A stretch of 62,249 nucleotides of DNA, filler included, from Dirinaria sp. TL-2023a (Eukaryota): NCBI GenBank assembly GCA_051941275.1. It is 4 parts of 4 records of this genome, joined end to end, with 100 filler letters (N's around TTAATTAATTAA, not from the genome) between each part and the next. Parts side by side here need not be neighbours in the genome. Positions count along the whole stretch, not along the records: positions 46,772 to 62,249 come from JAVEBF010000545.1; 3 more parts are not named here. The stretch is one strand, 5' to 3'. The notes under the pieces were generated by a model. It was not told where the DNA came from. It saw only the letters and a list, made by a program, of their open reading frames with translations, and ran no database searches. Position numbers and translations under genes: made by a program. Of this stretch, positions 49,300 through 62,249 are shown piece after piece (position 1 is the stretch's first letter; the number at the start of each line of letters is the position of its first letter).

Positions 49300-50104
49300 A
49301 TGGACTTGAGCTTTATTTCGTTGGACGAAATCTCTCTCCGAAAAGCCCTCATCGGCTTCGCCATCATGTTCATAACCATCTTCTTCCTATACGGCTTTCT
49401 TTTTTCTCTTTGCCTGGGAATTCTATACATCCGTATGAAGCTCGAACACAAACCCTGGAAGCTGCCCTTTTTTTCCAGTAAGTCTTGCCTTCCTCTCATA
49501 CCTTTTTCGCAGGCTCGGGGAACCTGATCATCGTCAGATGGGACTACCGAATCCCAACTCCTTGACGCGAATAACAACATGCTGGAGCTCGAGAAGTTTG
49601 TCATGGCGAACAAGTGTATGACCAAGCAGGACACCGACTACCTCCACTATCTGGTCCGCGACAAGTGCAGGATCCACCAACACACTGCGTGTGTCAAGTA
49701 CTTCATCGAGAAGCAACGTACCGCGCCGCCGAAATCAGCCCTAGTCACTGCCTCCAGACAGGATGAGCAGGACAATCGTTCTGCTGCGGTAACTTCCATC
49801 GTCTCTGAGTCGAATGCCAATTGCGATCCCGCCGACGAAGTCCGAGCGCTCCGGGCATCGATCAACGAAATGGCGCGCAAAGTGAACACGATTGTCGGTG
49901 CTGAAAACAAATCCACTCAATTTCCTACAGCGGATGGTGAGCATCGTCCGGTCAATCGTGGAGTTCCAACCTAACTTTTCTCTTCAAATAGGCCCCAAGG
50001 ATTTGATAGTCGAGGTCGAAGGTGAAGTCACGGGAAATCCTCTCCCGAAATTCAAACCAGAGGATTTTCCGCTTGTTAAACGCACGCGCGAGCACTCAGC
50101 CTAA
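49300..50104 (+). CDS. Hypothetical protein with N-terminal transmembrane segment, three exons
   Basis: Exon 1 MDLSF...ALIGFAIMFITIFFLYGFLFSLCLGILYI. Intron gtaagt 49478 to cag 49538 joins in frame to the 49579 ORF. A second intron (gtgagc...ctaac...tag) joins to GPKDLIVEVEG...HSA*. No family recognised. Confidence 0.55.
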
Positions 50105-50807
50105 CTTCCATGGGCTCGTCGGAGACCTGCCCGATGGCGAGTAGTTTGGTGGACGCGCAAGTCAGTCACCCTCGGTATCCGCCTACTAAGCTACGTTGCA
50201 CTCAGGGGTACAGGGACCATAAGGCAAAGCAAGGCTGAGCTCTCCTTTCTTCAAGCGATAGTGATCCCGAATTAAGTATGCGAAGCGAACGATTCTTTCT
50301 TTCGATAGGGTAAAGGAATTCAGATATTACCTGAAGTTCAAACTCAGCCACTGGCTTTGTATAATTCGCTTTCCGATGGTTCCTCTCCCCGTGATAAACG
50401 CTCGCACTCTTTTCGGCTCGCGCCTCTTCCCCTAATTGGTTGCCAACCCTTGTAAAGCTTTTTCCAAGCTATTATCATGGGCGCTGACTATCATTCATCG
50501 TTCACTCTCTCCATTTACAAGATCTGCCACTCTTTTATTGCCCAAACCTTCCTGCCTGTCTTAGGCTAGTATTTCGTTCTTCAAATGACACTAACGAGCT
50601 GATTTTGGCGATCAAGACGCAGGAATGAGGCATTTTCTTTCATCTAGCGCCGTCCGAAGTCGGCACGTTAAAAACTGAATTTTACGTATAGACTGACTTT
50701 GCTGGTCTTGAAATGGGAACAGAACAACCGTGATATAAACCTGACAGTGAGAAAATCGAGATAACGTGAGCAAAGGGTAAGAGAGTAAAAGAAAATATTT
50801 ACTGGCA

Positions 50808-51899
50808 TCACCCTCTCGCCGTTTTGCCCTTGTCTGGCTGCTCTCTGTCATCCTTCTGCTTTTTGTCTGAGTGTGAATGTTTTGATTTGTGCTTGTGGTG
50901 CGCGGCTTCGTCTTTCAAGGCTTGCTCGTGCGCCTCTTGCTTCCTGGCCTTTTCTCTCCGCTCTTCGGCTTCGACCATGTCTGTACCGATGCTCGTTAGC
51001 AAGTTTCCCCTTGAAGCTGTGTGAACGGGAATTGATACCTTTCCACTGATCTTCCCCCACATACTCCTCCTTATGCACCTTCTTATCAATCAGATGCTTA
51101 TGCTCGGGATCATTCGGATCGACCACCCGGATTGTCTCATATTTTCCCTCGCCCGATCTCTGATCCCCAATCTCGAACGCCGCCGTTGCAATCAACACCG
51201 CCACTGTCAGCCCCTGCGCATACACACGAGCTTGCACCAGCTTCTGCTGCGTCGATAGGTATGGACTGCGTCCTACGATTCCCAGCGCTACTGCCATAGA
51301 AACGACCCATGACGCGCCCACGATCGGGTACCGGTTTTGTTTTCCCCAGCTCATGAATTTCTCGTAGTTGGTTTTCCTAGCCTCGGCTTCAGCACGGGCT
51401 CGAGAGGTCTCGTCCCGATACCCTTCATCTGGGTGGCGAGAAGCTTCGAAAGAGCGGGAAAAGTGGTCCGCAGAGACAATTGCTAGGAATTGGGATAGTG
51501 TAAGCCAGAGCTCGCCACGTGTCTCCTATCAATCAAGTCCGAGTCATATATGACTCCGCTAGGAGAGATCCCTCGCCAGATATTCAACTGCAGCAGAACA
51601 GAAATTGCACAGATCCTTGAAAATTGCGAATCAATGGGTCGATGACTGACATACCGCAAAAAGTGCTAGCCGAAGTGAGTAGAAATGCCCGTAAGGGTAC
51701 CGTCAACTGCCGGAAGGCGGGATAGCGAACGGTGGCCCCATAGACACCTACAGCTCCCAGTGCGAGGCCTACAACGCCGCCGCCTATGCCACCTTTCAGC
51801 GTAGCACTGTGCCCAGTCAGTGATAGGGTAGCTGCAGTGACGGGTGGGATGGGAGCACTTGTAGTGGGCTTGTTCCTCCTCCTTCGTTAGGATCTTCAT
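50808..51899 (-). CDS. RCF2: HIG1-domain mitochondrial respiratory supercomplex factor (Rcf2-like)
   Basis: Motifs MKILTKEEEQAHY, NRYPIVGASWVVSM and QKLVQARVYAQGLTVAVL. Multi-exon. Confidence 0.85.
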
Positions 51900-52367
51900 G
51901 GCGGGCGACTAGAATGCTGATGTTAGATTGTTACTCGTGCGATTGGCATGAGAAGGTGAGTATTTCTCAATGGCTGGCAAGAGTGAGTCAAGGAACAGTT
52001 ATTGAAGTTCATCGACCAGTGATGCTGGTGAGGAGGCGGGCAAACTCGCCGGCTTGGCGGCATTCTGAGGAACGAGCAGTGACGTAGCGTCAGATCCAAA
52101 AGCTGGTAGAGAATAATTGGTGACAGGACTACTACTACCATTTCCTTAATGTATAAATACTAAGGTACTTCACAAGTGTCTTGGTTTTAGTTGAGAAAAG
52201 CTTCATACGCTCATTTTCATCTCTATGTTTTGTGGCGTCACACTCGTCTAGGCAATTGCAGTAATATCGTCCTGTGACCATTGCCCCGCGAATTCTCAGC
52301 CTGAGTCCTTGCACTGAACCAACATCGAAATACAAGGGTGGCATATATCCATCGATACAGAAAGCCT

Positions 52368-54449
52368 TCACGATTTCTTCTTGCCTTTCAACTTGTCTTG
52401 CACCTCTATCCAATGTCGATCGACTCCTCGCTTCCCCAACGCTCTAACTACAGCATCCTTCTGCGGCCCTTGAACCAGGATCTCCTGCACAGGATTCTTA
52501 GGACTGCTGCCCACCAGCTGGTTGACGCTTGTTGAGCTAGCGCAGGCTCTCTGCAGCTCTTCAGCTAGCGGCTGAGGATTGACATGAAAGACTTCGACAC
52601 CAAAGAGTCTTGTCATCGTCTTATTTCCGGAACGAGTCTCCAGGATAATGTTGATCTTGGGGGAATGTCCTGCCTTGGCTTTGACTGCGTCGCGTGTCTC
52701 ATCGTTGCGCAGTAGAGCCCAGAACGGTGAGCAGCTCTGGGTGATGCGCTCGATAAGAGCGTCTCTTGGCACGGTTCCTTTTGCCAGTACCTCTCGATCA
52801 AGAGAGTTTGAACCATCAAAGACGGCATTGGCAAGCACTGGGTCAATCTTGACCAGGCGCTTGTTGGTGTCAGAGACCAGGTCCTCGGAGTCAATGTACG
52901 CTATGATGGCAGTTCGTAGCTCTGTGGGCAAATAAAGGTTTCTTACATCCGCCAGCGACGCTTCGAAAATAGGCGCTAGCTGCGATTTTGGCCGGTAGAG
53001 ATTAAGGAGCTTTAGTCGTTGCCCTACTGAGCTGTCGTTCGGCGAAGAGCCAGCCACAATCGCCTTGCCGCCTCCACCTCCGCCACTATCTGCTCCTGGA
53101 GTGTCCTTCTTCGGCAGCTTGTAGGGGACAAAGTTGATCACCTGGGTATCGTCGAAATCAATGTCTAAGATAACACATTCTCCGCCATCGCGGTCCTTTG
53201 ACTTCACAATCTTTGCTTTGTCGAGAGCTTTAATGAATTTCTTCACATTCTTCCAGCTTGTCTTCTTAACCTGCAAGGAGGATGCTTGCCCTGGCGTTGT
53301 AATAGGCAGGTACGGTAGGACGAAATTTGATATGACTAAAGATTGATGGATTGGGAAGCTGACGCCGTGATTGGGATCACTCCTGTTTGTGTTTCGGTGG
53401 TGTTGCACGGCATACAGAAAGGCTTTCCAAAAGATGTCGTCAATCTCTGCAGGGTCGTTAGATTTATAAATAACGCAAGAACTCCATCCTTGATCTAACC
53501 TTGCGCAGTTAGGGTTTTCTCGATCACCTCTATTTTCTCGTACGGCTCGCCGCCCTCGCCTTCGACATCTTTATTATGAGGCTCATAGGAAGTTTTTTCC
53601 TCGATCGCATCGCCTACAGGCACGCCTCCTGGCGGGTCTTCTTCGTCGTCGTCTTCGACAGACAAATGCTTAACCCCCGAGCTGACAGTTGTTGCCTCAT
53701 CATTGACGTCCCAGCCATTGATCTCCTCAGGTGCAGCAGTACCACCAATTCCCGACTGACTCCACACCCAGATCTCATCACCTTCCCAATGCTGGCCACG
53801 AACGGCATGACCTTTTGCGCCCTGAACTTGCTGCAGCGAAGAAATGTCAATCTCGCAAGTGCCCACCCACTTGGGCACGCTAGGCTTTTGCACACTCGCA
53901 ACAGCCACTACTGCGCCTTTCTTCGCCTTCGAGGGAAATGGAGGGCCACGCGTAAGGCCCGGAGTCATTAGATCTGCACCACCTTGTAATTTGGGCAAGA
54001 CGATGTCTTGCGTATAAAGTAAAGGTACCAACTGTGGGTTTTTCCACAGCGTGTATACCGTCGGAATGAGCTGATCGCCGACGCTAAGCCACAGAACCCT
54101 CTGCTCGGCTCCTGGATGGGCGCCTACGTATACTGTACCTGAGACCTGTTTGAGGTCCGGCCCAGCAGTTGTGGTGAAGCGAGCGGACTGTGTTCCTTCT
54201 GGCAGAAGCGAGTTTCGAACGGCGCCTAGACCCACGGCTCCAGCAGCTTGTTCGCCTTCATTGTTGCTGTCTTTTACTTGCGCGTCATCATTGTTCGGAA
54301 TCTCAACGTTGAAATTGGAAATGATCTGGTCAGCTATCTTCCTTCTGTCCGAAGACCGTAAGGGTGATAGGGGCTTGATCTGGTTGTTCTTAGTATTGCT
54401 GAATATCTAGACCAGAGCATTCACGAACAGTGGGCTTCTTCTTGAACAT
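52368..54449 (-). CDS. TMA64: Translation factor eIF2D / Tma64 (PUA, SWIB, SUI1 domains)
   Basis: MFKKKPT/IKPLSPLRSSDRRK, PTVYTLW, GADLMTPG, VKKTSWKNVKKFIK, and a C-terminal SUI1-like ETRSGNKTMT...CASSTSV...VQGPQ. Confidence 0.9.
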
Positions 54450-55124
54450 TTTCACAAGTGGAGCTTTCCAAGAATGTAGAAAAAGGAAACCTTGAAGGAG
54501 ACGAAAAGTGGCACAATAGACGAGCTTTCAATGAGAAGGAGAAGGATTGAGAACTGGAGCAGCGACAAACAGTAGGACAGGAAAAGGCGGGGCCCAGTAA
54601 TTTGCGGAGCTCCGCAAAGACCTGAAGGGCTGGAGAAGGGAACGCTTGTTGTTGGACTACCTTAGTACCGTGTTTCGCGACGATAGTTTTTCAAGGTTGA
54701 TGTACCCACAATACCTGATGAACAGTACTCTGGCATATCACAGTAATGAAGGTACCTTACCTTAGTTGATGGCGAGTGACGTAGTAAGGTAACGTAAGAT
54801 TACCTTAGTTTCAGGCTGGTGTACGTGAGGTGTGCGCGGAAATCCGTCACTGGGAAATCTGTCACCGGGTTTTGAACGATCGGCTATACTTTCCTTCCCC
54901 ATGAGTCGAAAACTCTCCGCCAGCACTCTGATTGACCCGAAGACTGACTCTAGACTGGTTGGCCACACCAACAGTCCTGCGTCACGCGGTTTTTGAATGC
55001 TTAGCGTCCTTTGGTACATGTATACTGTCAATCCACTATGGCCGCAACTCTTTCTCCTCAGCGCTCCTCCACCAAGGAGACCCGTCCATCCACCAATCCT
55101 CGTCATCCTACAGCTCCGTCCATA

Positions 55125-57866
55125 ATGACCGTCAACGGCCATTTCGCCAATGTCGGCGAGAAGCCAACGAAAGAGCAATACGAGCATGGTATACAGGTCA
55201 TCAATGAGGATCAGGAATTCAAGTACGCCCCCGCCCGCCCTCAGCATGGCCAATCCTAATATGCATCAACAGTCCCAACCTACCAAATTACCTCTCGTTC
55301 GAGAAAGTCGCTTCGGCCGGCTTCAATTACCACCTGATATCCGTCTTCGGCTCCCAATCGACCGGCAAATCTACTCTCCTCAACCACCTTTTCGGCACCG
55401 AATTCGGAGTCATGTCCGAGGCCGACAGAAAACAGACCACAAAAGGAATATGGATGTCAAACAACAAGCGGGGCGGAGTTGACGGAGTGGCAAAGCAAAT
55501 GGCGGACAACATATTAGTGATGGATGTCGAGGGTACAGATGGCCGCGAAAGAGGGGAAGATCAGGACTTCGAACGGAAAAGTGCGCTCTTTGCGCTGGCC
55601 ACAAGCGAAGTCTTGATTGTCAATATCTGGGAGCATCAGGTCGGTCTGTATCAGGGCGCAAATATGGGCCTACTCAAAGTCGTCTTCGAGGTTAACCTGG
55701 AGCTGTTTCTGAAAGGCAACAAGTACGCTGGATCATGCAGACCGACGTATATACGCTGACACACCCAGGAACAACCCACGCTCACTGCTCTTCTTCGTCA
55801 TTCGGGATCACCTGGGCACTACACCCTTAGCTAACCTCCGCAACACCCTCATACAAGATCTCCAACGCATATGGTCGGGTTTATCCAAACCCCAAGGCAT
55901 GGAAAAATCGAAGCTGGATGACTATTTCGATATGGCTTTTGTTGCGCTACCCCACAAGATACTGCAGCCAGAAAAGTTTGTCTCCGAAGTTTCCAGGCTC
56001 GGTACGAGGTTCAGGGAAGGGCATCGAGAGTCTAGAAAAGAGGCTCTGCTTGACGACCAGGAGATGGGCCGTGGTATTTTCTTGCCTGAGTACCATCGTC
56101 GTATCCCTGCAGATGGCTTTTCGATATACGCCGAGAATGTCTGGAACCAAATAGTGAACAACAAAGACCTCGATCTACCTACTCAGCAGGAGCTCATGGC
56201 TCAATTCCGGTGTGATGAAATATCTCGTGAGGTGCTCGTAGCCTTTGATGAGGTTATTACACCTTTCGAGAACAAGCAAAACGAAGGCGTACGGTTAGGA
56301 ACACCCGAGGTCCTCGGTGGGCTTGGCTCAGCTATGCGTTCCGCCAGGATGAAGGCGATCAAAAATTTCGAGGTCGAAGCGAGCAGGTACCATAAAGGAG
56401 TATACACTCGGAAGAGAGGTGAGCTTGAGAGTAAGATAGACGGGCGCTTGAAGATTCTGTTCCAAGGTCAACTTTCCGCAGCAAGTAAGGCCGGTGTGCG
56501 GGATTTCAGCGAAGCGGTGAGCACTGCTGTCAAAGCCGGGCAAAAGAAAGGCGCCAGCTACGACTTTGCGCAGATTGTGGATCAGGAGAAGAAGAATGCT
56601 ATATCGAAGTATGACAAAGACGCCCGGGGCGTATTAGTGGAAGGTGCGCCGTGGAGTAATTACAAGCAAGAGATGGCTCTCTTTCAGAAAGACCTAAACG
56701 AGGTGAGCGGACGCCTGAGAAGAGACGAAATGCGAAGACTGGCGACGCGGGTAGAGAGGTGGGTGCGATCACGTCTTGGTGAATCTATCGGACTTGAATT
56801 CAATGCACTGGGCTCTGGTCGGGGCGGGTCAGGAGATTCTGGCCATGACGATAAATCTCCCGAGAAAGGCATTTGGGACCGGATATGGAGGGTTTTCACG
56901 AAGACCGTAGAAGAAGCGGAGCGAAGATTTACCGATCGTGCCAAGAGCTTTGATGCCAGCCCAGGCGAAGTTGATGTTGGGCTCTGGCGACTGCGACGGA
57001 AGTCATGGGGTGTGTTGCGAGCCAAGGTTGACGAAGAGATGATGGAAGGCAACTTGCTCCTGAAGCTTCGAGAAAACTTTGAAGACAAGTTCAGGTACGA
57101 TGAAGCTGGTGTTCCCCGGATATGGCGCCCCACGGACGACATTGAGGGCATCTACACCAAAGCACGCGAATCAACCCTCACACTCATTCCTCTTCTATCG
57201 CGGTTTCAGTCAAGCCATACGAGCGATCCACCGCCGCTGGATGATTGGATTGGGCATGCGCCGGAGTCTATGACTGCAGCAGACGAGGAGGACCTCGCGC
57301 CCATTGGGGGTGTTGATGAGGACGAGGGCAAGAGCTTAGAGGAGGAAATGACAATATTAACGGATGCAAAGAGGCAAGACATCACAACGCGCTTCAAGAA
57401 GACTGCGGATGGCGTCTACGTGGAAGCGAAACGAAGTGCGATTGGAGGAATGACGCAAGTACCATTGTATTTCTACGGGCTGTTACTAGTACTTGGGTGG
57501 AATGAGCTTGTAGCTGGTAAGTCGCCCACATTTGCCTGCACCGAGAAATTCTTTTCTTTATCGGCGCCTGATGCTAAAAGTGCCGCAGTACTTCGAAACC
57601 CTCTGTACTTCGTCTTTCTACTTGCATTGGCTGGCGGCGCTTGGGTCACGCACTCCCTCAACCTGTGGGGCCCGATGCTGCAAATGGCCAATGCGGCTTC
57701 CGCGCAGGCGTTGGAGGAAGGAAAAAAGCGGCTCCGAGAATTCCTAGAGGCTTCGGACACAGGCCGACAAGCCATTGCTATGTCGGGTCGTGAAGACATT
57801 GTCATGCAGAAGCTCAACGGGCACGGCAAAAGGGCTTCAGTAGAAGAGGAGGACGAGGAAATATGA
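55125..57866 (+). CDS. SEY1: Dynamin-like ER fusion GTPase Sey1 (RHD3/atlastin)
   Basis: Motifs [31 protein letters not shown] and [26 protein letters not shown], plus a C-terminal TM hairpin ([14 protein letters not shown]). An alternative in-frame ATG lies at 55038. Confidence 0.96.
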
Positions 57867-58524
57867 TACGTGGCCCTCTAAAAAATGATCTTTGCATTGG
57901 ATAGAAGCTCAAAACTGCCTCGCCACAGATGGATCATCTTCAACAGCCCTTTGTGGTTTTGCTTTCCTGACCTGGGCTATTTTGTCCTTCACATTCGTGT
58001 CCCAAGAAAGTGATACCTCCCAAGAAAGTGGTACAGCTCTCATACTATTGTCGAATCCAGAATCCTCCGCACACGGGCTCACAGAGAATGTTGTGTGTTA
58101 TGTGTAAAGTAAGCTCCCTGGGGATTTCTCCGACATCTAATGCAGAGGCATTGCTGCATTTTCGGTCTTAGGGCTCTGCTAGGGTAGCAAATCGCAAGGG
58201 TTGGCCCGGCCGCAGGGAAGTTTTACCTCGGCACACGCTCGTGAAGGATTCAGCTTTGCGGCTGTGGTCAGCTTCTCCAGTTTAGCAACCAATCTTTGCA
58301 AGATGTGTGTCAGGTAACGAGTTCAGTTTGCTGCCTATCTTATGGCAGCATCTGTCTTGACTTTCTTCCTCTTCAATTTTCATTTCCGTTAAGATCCGGC
58401 GTTGATCAATTGACACCGGGCCTCAGTTTTACCGTATCATCAATTCTTCATACCTCTCGTTCATTACTTTTTATACTTTCGCTGAACGAGTAAATAGCAA
58501 TATAGCTGCCTTCTGGATATCTTA

Positions 58525-59658
58525 ATGGCCTTCGGTCTCGATATGGAGAGCCTCCGTGCTCTACTTGGCTACTTTGGTAGCGTCAACTACTGGAAAGTGC
58601 TCGCTGTCATCTTCGCCATTTTCAATCTCAAGAACCTCCCATTCGCGTGGCATGTAAGTCGCCTTGTGCTCACCCGCTCAGTTGTGGAACATCGCTCATC
58701 GATAGTCTAGCTCCGCGTTCTCAATGCCTTCATTACCCATCTCTACCATACCCGCTCCTCGATCCCGCCCCCCTCGTCTCCATCCCGACTATTCCAGCCT
58801 ATGATCATCAAAACACGCGTCACCAGCATGGACTGTGACTGGAATCTACACAAATCGAACAGCACCTACTTTGGTGACCTGGACATTGCGCGCGCTCATC
58901 TTGTGGCGCATATCTGCCGACGTGGAATGGTAAAAATACGAGAAGAGCTCAAAGCCGATAAGGGAGGGCTTGGGTTGGGACTCGGAGGCGTGCACTGCAG
59001 TTTTCGGAGGGAGATCAAACCATTCGAGCGTTTCGAGATTTGGACGAGGGTATTGGCTTGGGATCGGAAATGGTTGTACGTCGTAAGCCATCTGGTGAAG
59101 GAGGGCAAGGTAAAGCCGAAAGCGTACTCTCTGCAGCCTTGGAGGAAGGTTAAGGGGACACGAAGCGACAAGAAGGAAGAGGGCAGCGCCAGTGTCCAGG
59201 CGAATGGCAACAGCGAGGCACCAGCACAACCTCACCCCGCCATCTTCGCCTCCGCAATAGGGAAGTACGTCTTCAAGAAGGGCCGCCTTACTATCGCTCC
59301 CTCCCGCATACTGGAGGCATCAGGATACCTACCGCCTAAACCGGCCGACGTGCCTACTCCGGCAGCCACACCATCGCCCATGCCTGAAGGAGCTACCAAC
59401 ATCCCCGACTCAACGTCGCAAGAGCCCGCCCTAGCAGCGGCAGTCGAGGCTCTGTCGTCGAAGAAGGCTGATGGGATAGTAAATGGCTCGTTGTCTGCGA
59501 AGACGAGAACGGACGGAGTGTGGGATTGGTATAGAGTCGAGGATGAGAGAATCAGGGGTATGAGGCTTGCAGAAATGTTCAGCGGACTTGATGGGCTGAG
59601 CGGCGAGTTCCGCGGTGAGGACGATGATGCCTTGGGTATGTTCAGGGATCTATTCTAA
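58525..59658 (+). CDS. Hot-dog-fold thioesterase-like protein (THEM6/YBR096W-like)
   Basis: NLKNLPFAWH, an intron, then DCDWNLHKSNSTYFGDLDIAR, FRREIKPF and TRVLAWDRKWLY. Confidence 0.8.
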
Positions 59659-60282
59659 AGTGTGGGACGGAATGCATGATAGATGCAGTAGATAGAGTGG
59701 TCCTTACCGCTTGAGCGTCGACAGCCTGTTGTTTACGGAACACTGCATAAATCATCAAAGGTCAAGTATTTGTTTGCTCTTCTCGTACTCGTACCTACAT
59801 CCGCTGAACATCCGCCCAATGAACCGAGTAATGGTAGATGCATCCCACGAATCCTTCGACGTCACCCGACGCATGATTCAAGTAAGGTAAGGTCAGTCGT
59901 GCTGGCATCCTGCAGGAACCCTTTGCAGAGCTTACCAATCCCATGCAAGATCCCAACGCAAGATGGCGCATCCAACCGGATTAATTCCCCGTCGAAGGAC
60001 GCGCGAATGTAGAAGCTCTTCCCCGCACCGTTGTGCACTGGATCATGGGAACCGTCTCTGCTCCGTCTCTGCTAAATACCTTAAACCCTGCTTGACTGCA
60101 CATGTTGACGTACCAGCTGAGCTTAACAAGCCTCTACTCTTATTGCTTTTTGGGGTACCACTAAAGTATAAAGTATAAGAGATGGCTGGCCCCTCTCATA
60201 ATACCGCTTTCACGGCGGCGCAGTGTACCAGCTTCGAGACACAAGGCTTCGAGGCAAAGATTCGTGAGCGCGAAGTCGAGCG

Positions 60283-62249
60283 ATGCTCTCCTTGCTCCGT
60301 CTGCATTTCATCATGCTATCTCCTTGTACTCTCTGCATTCTGCTCCTCGAGCTCTTTTCCGCCGTAGCTGCATCTCCTTACAACGGCAGGCCATTTGAGT
60401 CACTGCGGAATAAGCGTCAGCTGATACAGAACACGTCTGCCAATGGGCTGGTTGTGGATCTGGGCTACGAGCGCTATCAGGGTGTTGCGAATGCCAGCAC
60501 AGGATTAAACACTTGGAAAGGGTACACGACATTATTGCATATGCAGCACAGAAGGGCACTGACTGGAGACAAGCATTCGATACGCCGCTGCACCCGTTGG
60601 GCCTTTGCGGTGGCAACCACCGCAGCCACCAGCTGTGAACAGGGACGATGTGCTGCGAGGCGATACCCTGCCGCAGCGGTGTCCACAGAGTCCAGACACG
60701 CCAATACCGCCCGACTTCAATTTCACCGGCAACGAGGACTGCTTGTTTTTGAGTATATACGCGCCCCAAAACAAGACCAACCTACCGGTTTTGGTTTGGA
60801 TCCACGGAGGTGGCTATGGAGAGGGCCAAGGCGATCAAGACCTTTCAGCGATTATCAATACGAACAACAACGGTTTCGTCGGCGTAGCCATCCAGTACCG
60901 ACTCGGCGCCTTTGGCTTCCTATCGTCTGATGAGGTTTATCGGTATGGGACTGTGAACGCCGGGCTGAAAGATATGACTTTTGCGCTGCAGTGGGTGCAG
61001 TCGTACATTGGACTTTTTGGCGGCAACGCTTCAGCTGTCACGATCAGTGGCCAGAGCGCTGGAGGTAGGTCTTATACTGCATATATTGTGTGGAAGCAAT
61101 TGCTGAAACCGTTAATAGGCGGAGCTGTCATGCTGCAGACCATGGCTTTTGGAGGAGAACTTGGGAACTCACTCTTCAGCCAAGTGAGCCCTTTTACATG
61201 TTTTGGTATTGCGAGGATACAAAAATGACAATGAACAGGGAATCTCCGCGTCTCCGTACCTCCCGCAGCAATGGTCCTACGCGGATTTCGTTCCCACTCA
61301 GAGTTATTACGCGTTCGCCTCTGCAGTAGGCTGCTTCAACGGCGAGCCGCAAAGCAACATCACCAGCACATCCATCTTCCAATGCCTCGTCAGTAAGGAC
61401 ACTGTGACCCTGCAGAACGCTAGTGCCGTTGTCTCTGGATCCGGGCGGTTCGGGACTTGGGGCTTTTTACCGGTGACGGATTATAAGTATATACAGCAAT
61501 TACCGAGCCAGCAGCTATTGAAGAAGCAGGTCAACGGAGTCAACTTGCTTGTGGGGGTTCGTAGCTCGTCGCAAGAAACAAGTACTCGAGATCGAGTCCG
61601 CTGACGAAGCGACAACAGAACAACGCAAACGAAGGCCCATTATTCACTCCCCAAAACATCGTCTCAGAAGACGACTTCATCACATTCCTGCGCAATTCCT
61701 TCCCCCTGTTCACCGAGGACGACATCTCGAAACTCCTGCTCTACTATCCTTCATCCAACGACTCGGAAATCAGCATGCCTGGGTTCGCCACTTCCGGGAC
61801 CGCGAACCCGACCGCCTTGAACGAAAGTACTTTCGGGATTGGCCAGCAGCAGAGAGCTGAGGTAAGTTTCTTTCTCTGGAGCCACATGTTGGTCGTAGTA
61901 CACACGAAAAAGACAGCTATTAACGAGCAACATGTGTACATAGAATGTGTACGCAGAAACCAGCTTCGTGTGCCCGTCCTACTGGCTCGCCGAAGCCTTC
62001 ACCAACAACGGCCGCGTGGCCTACAAATACCAGTACTCGGTCATTGGCGCCGAACATGGATCAGATGTCCCCGCCATCTTCGGCCCACCGACCCCGAACC
62101 AAGGACCCGATTTTGTGAAAGCGTTCATGAGTACGTATCATACATATCTTTTCTGCTTTCCGTCCCTAAATCAACCAAGCCCAGAAAAAAAAAAAACATC
62201 CAGAGAAAAAAAAAAACTAACCCCCCCCTCCACCGCAGCACTCTGGGGC
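60283..62249 (+). CDS. Secreted type-B carboxylesterase/lipase, 3'-partial
   Basis: Signal-like N-terminus, VDLGY, IRYAAAPVGPLRWQPP, EDCLFL, PVLVWIHGGGY, QYRLGAFGFL and catalytic GQSAGG. Runs off the window end. Confidence 0.9.

Noticed and set aside
49600..49700. DUF3328/UstYa oxidase call for the gene next to the KEP
   Set aside because: His and Cys residues are present, but there are no HxxHC motifs.

Overview
Eukaryotic, intron-containing DNA from a filamentous ascomycete (Pezizomycotina; a lichen-forming fungus is plausible but not provable here). The window is not contiguous chromosome. It is four contigs of 15512, 15480, 15479 and 15478 bp joined by identical artificial 100-bp N44-TTAATTAATTAA-N44 linkers in descending length order, so adjacency across linkers is meaningless. 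Contig 1 carries a partial Ser/Gly/Thr-rich protein, a Pom1/DYRK kinase, a coiled-coil protein, GTP cyclohydrolase II and an Old Yellow Enzyme. Contig 2 carries a polyamine oxidase, a Myb-like protein, ERD2, a DUF1772 protein, Dom34 and an aldo-keto reductase. Contig 3 is entirely a secondary-metabolite cluster (non-reducing PKS, FAD monooxygenase, O-methyltransferase-like protein, MFS transporter), with atypical catalytic motifs and four AflR-type TCGG-N3-CCGA promoter palindromes. Contig 4 carries a six-exon gene missed by the ORF track that encodes a secreted KEX2-processed repeat peptide precursor, with each repeat on its own duplicated exon. It is followed by an orphan membrane protein, an RCF2-like protein, eIF2D/Tma64, SEY1, a hot-dog thioesterase-like protein and a partial carboxylesterase. 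All calls come from manual reading and motif recognition; no searches were run.
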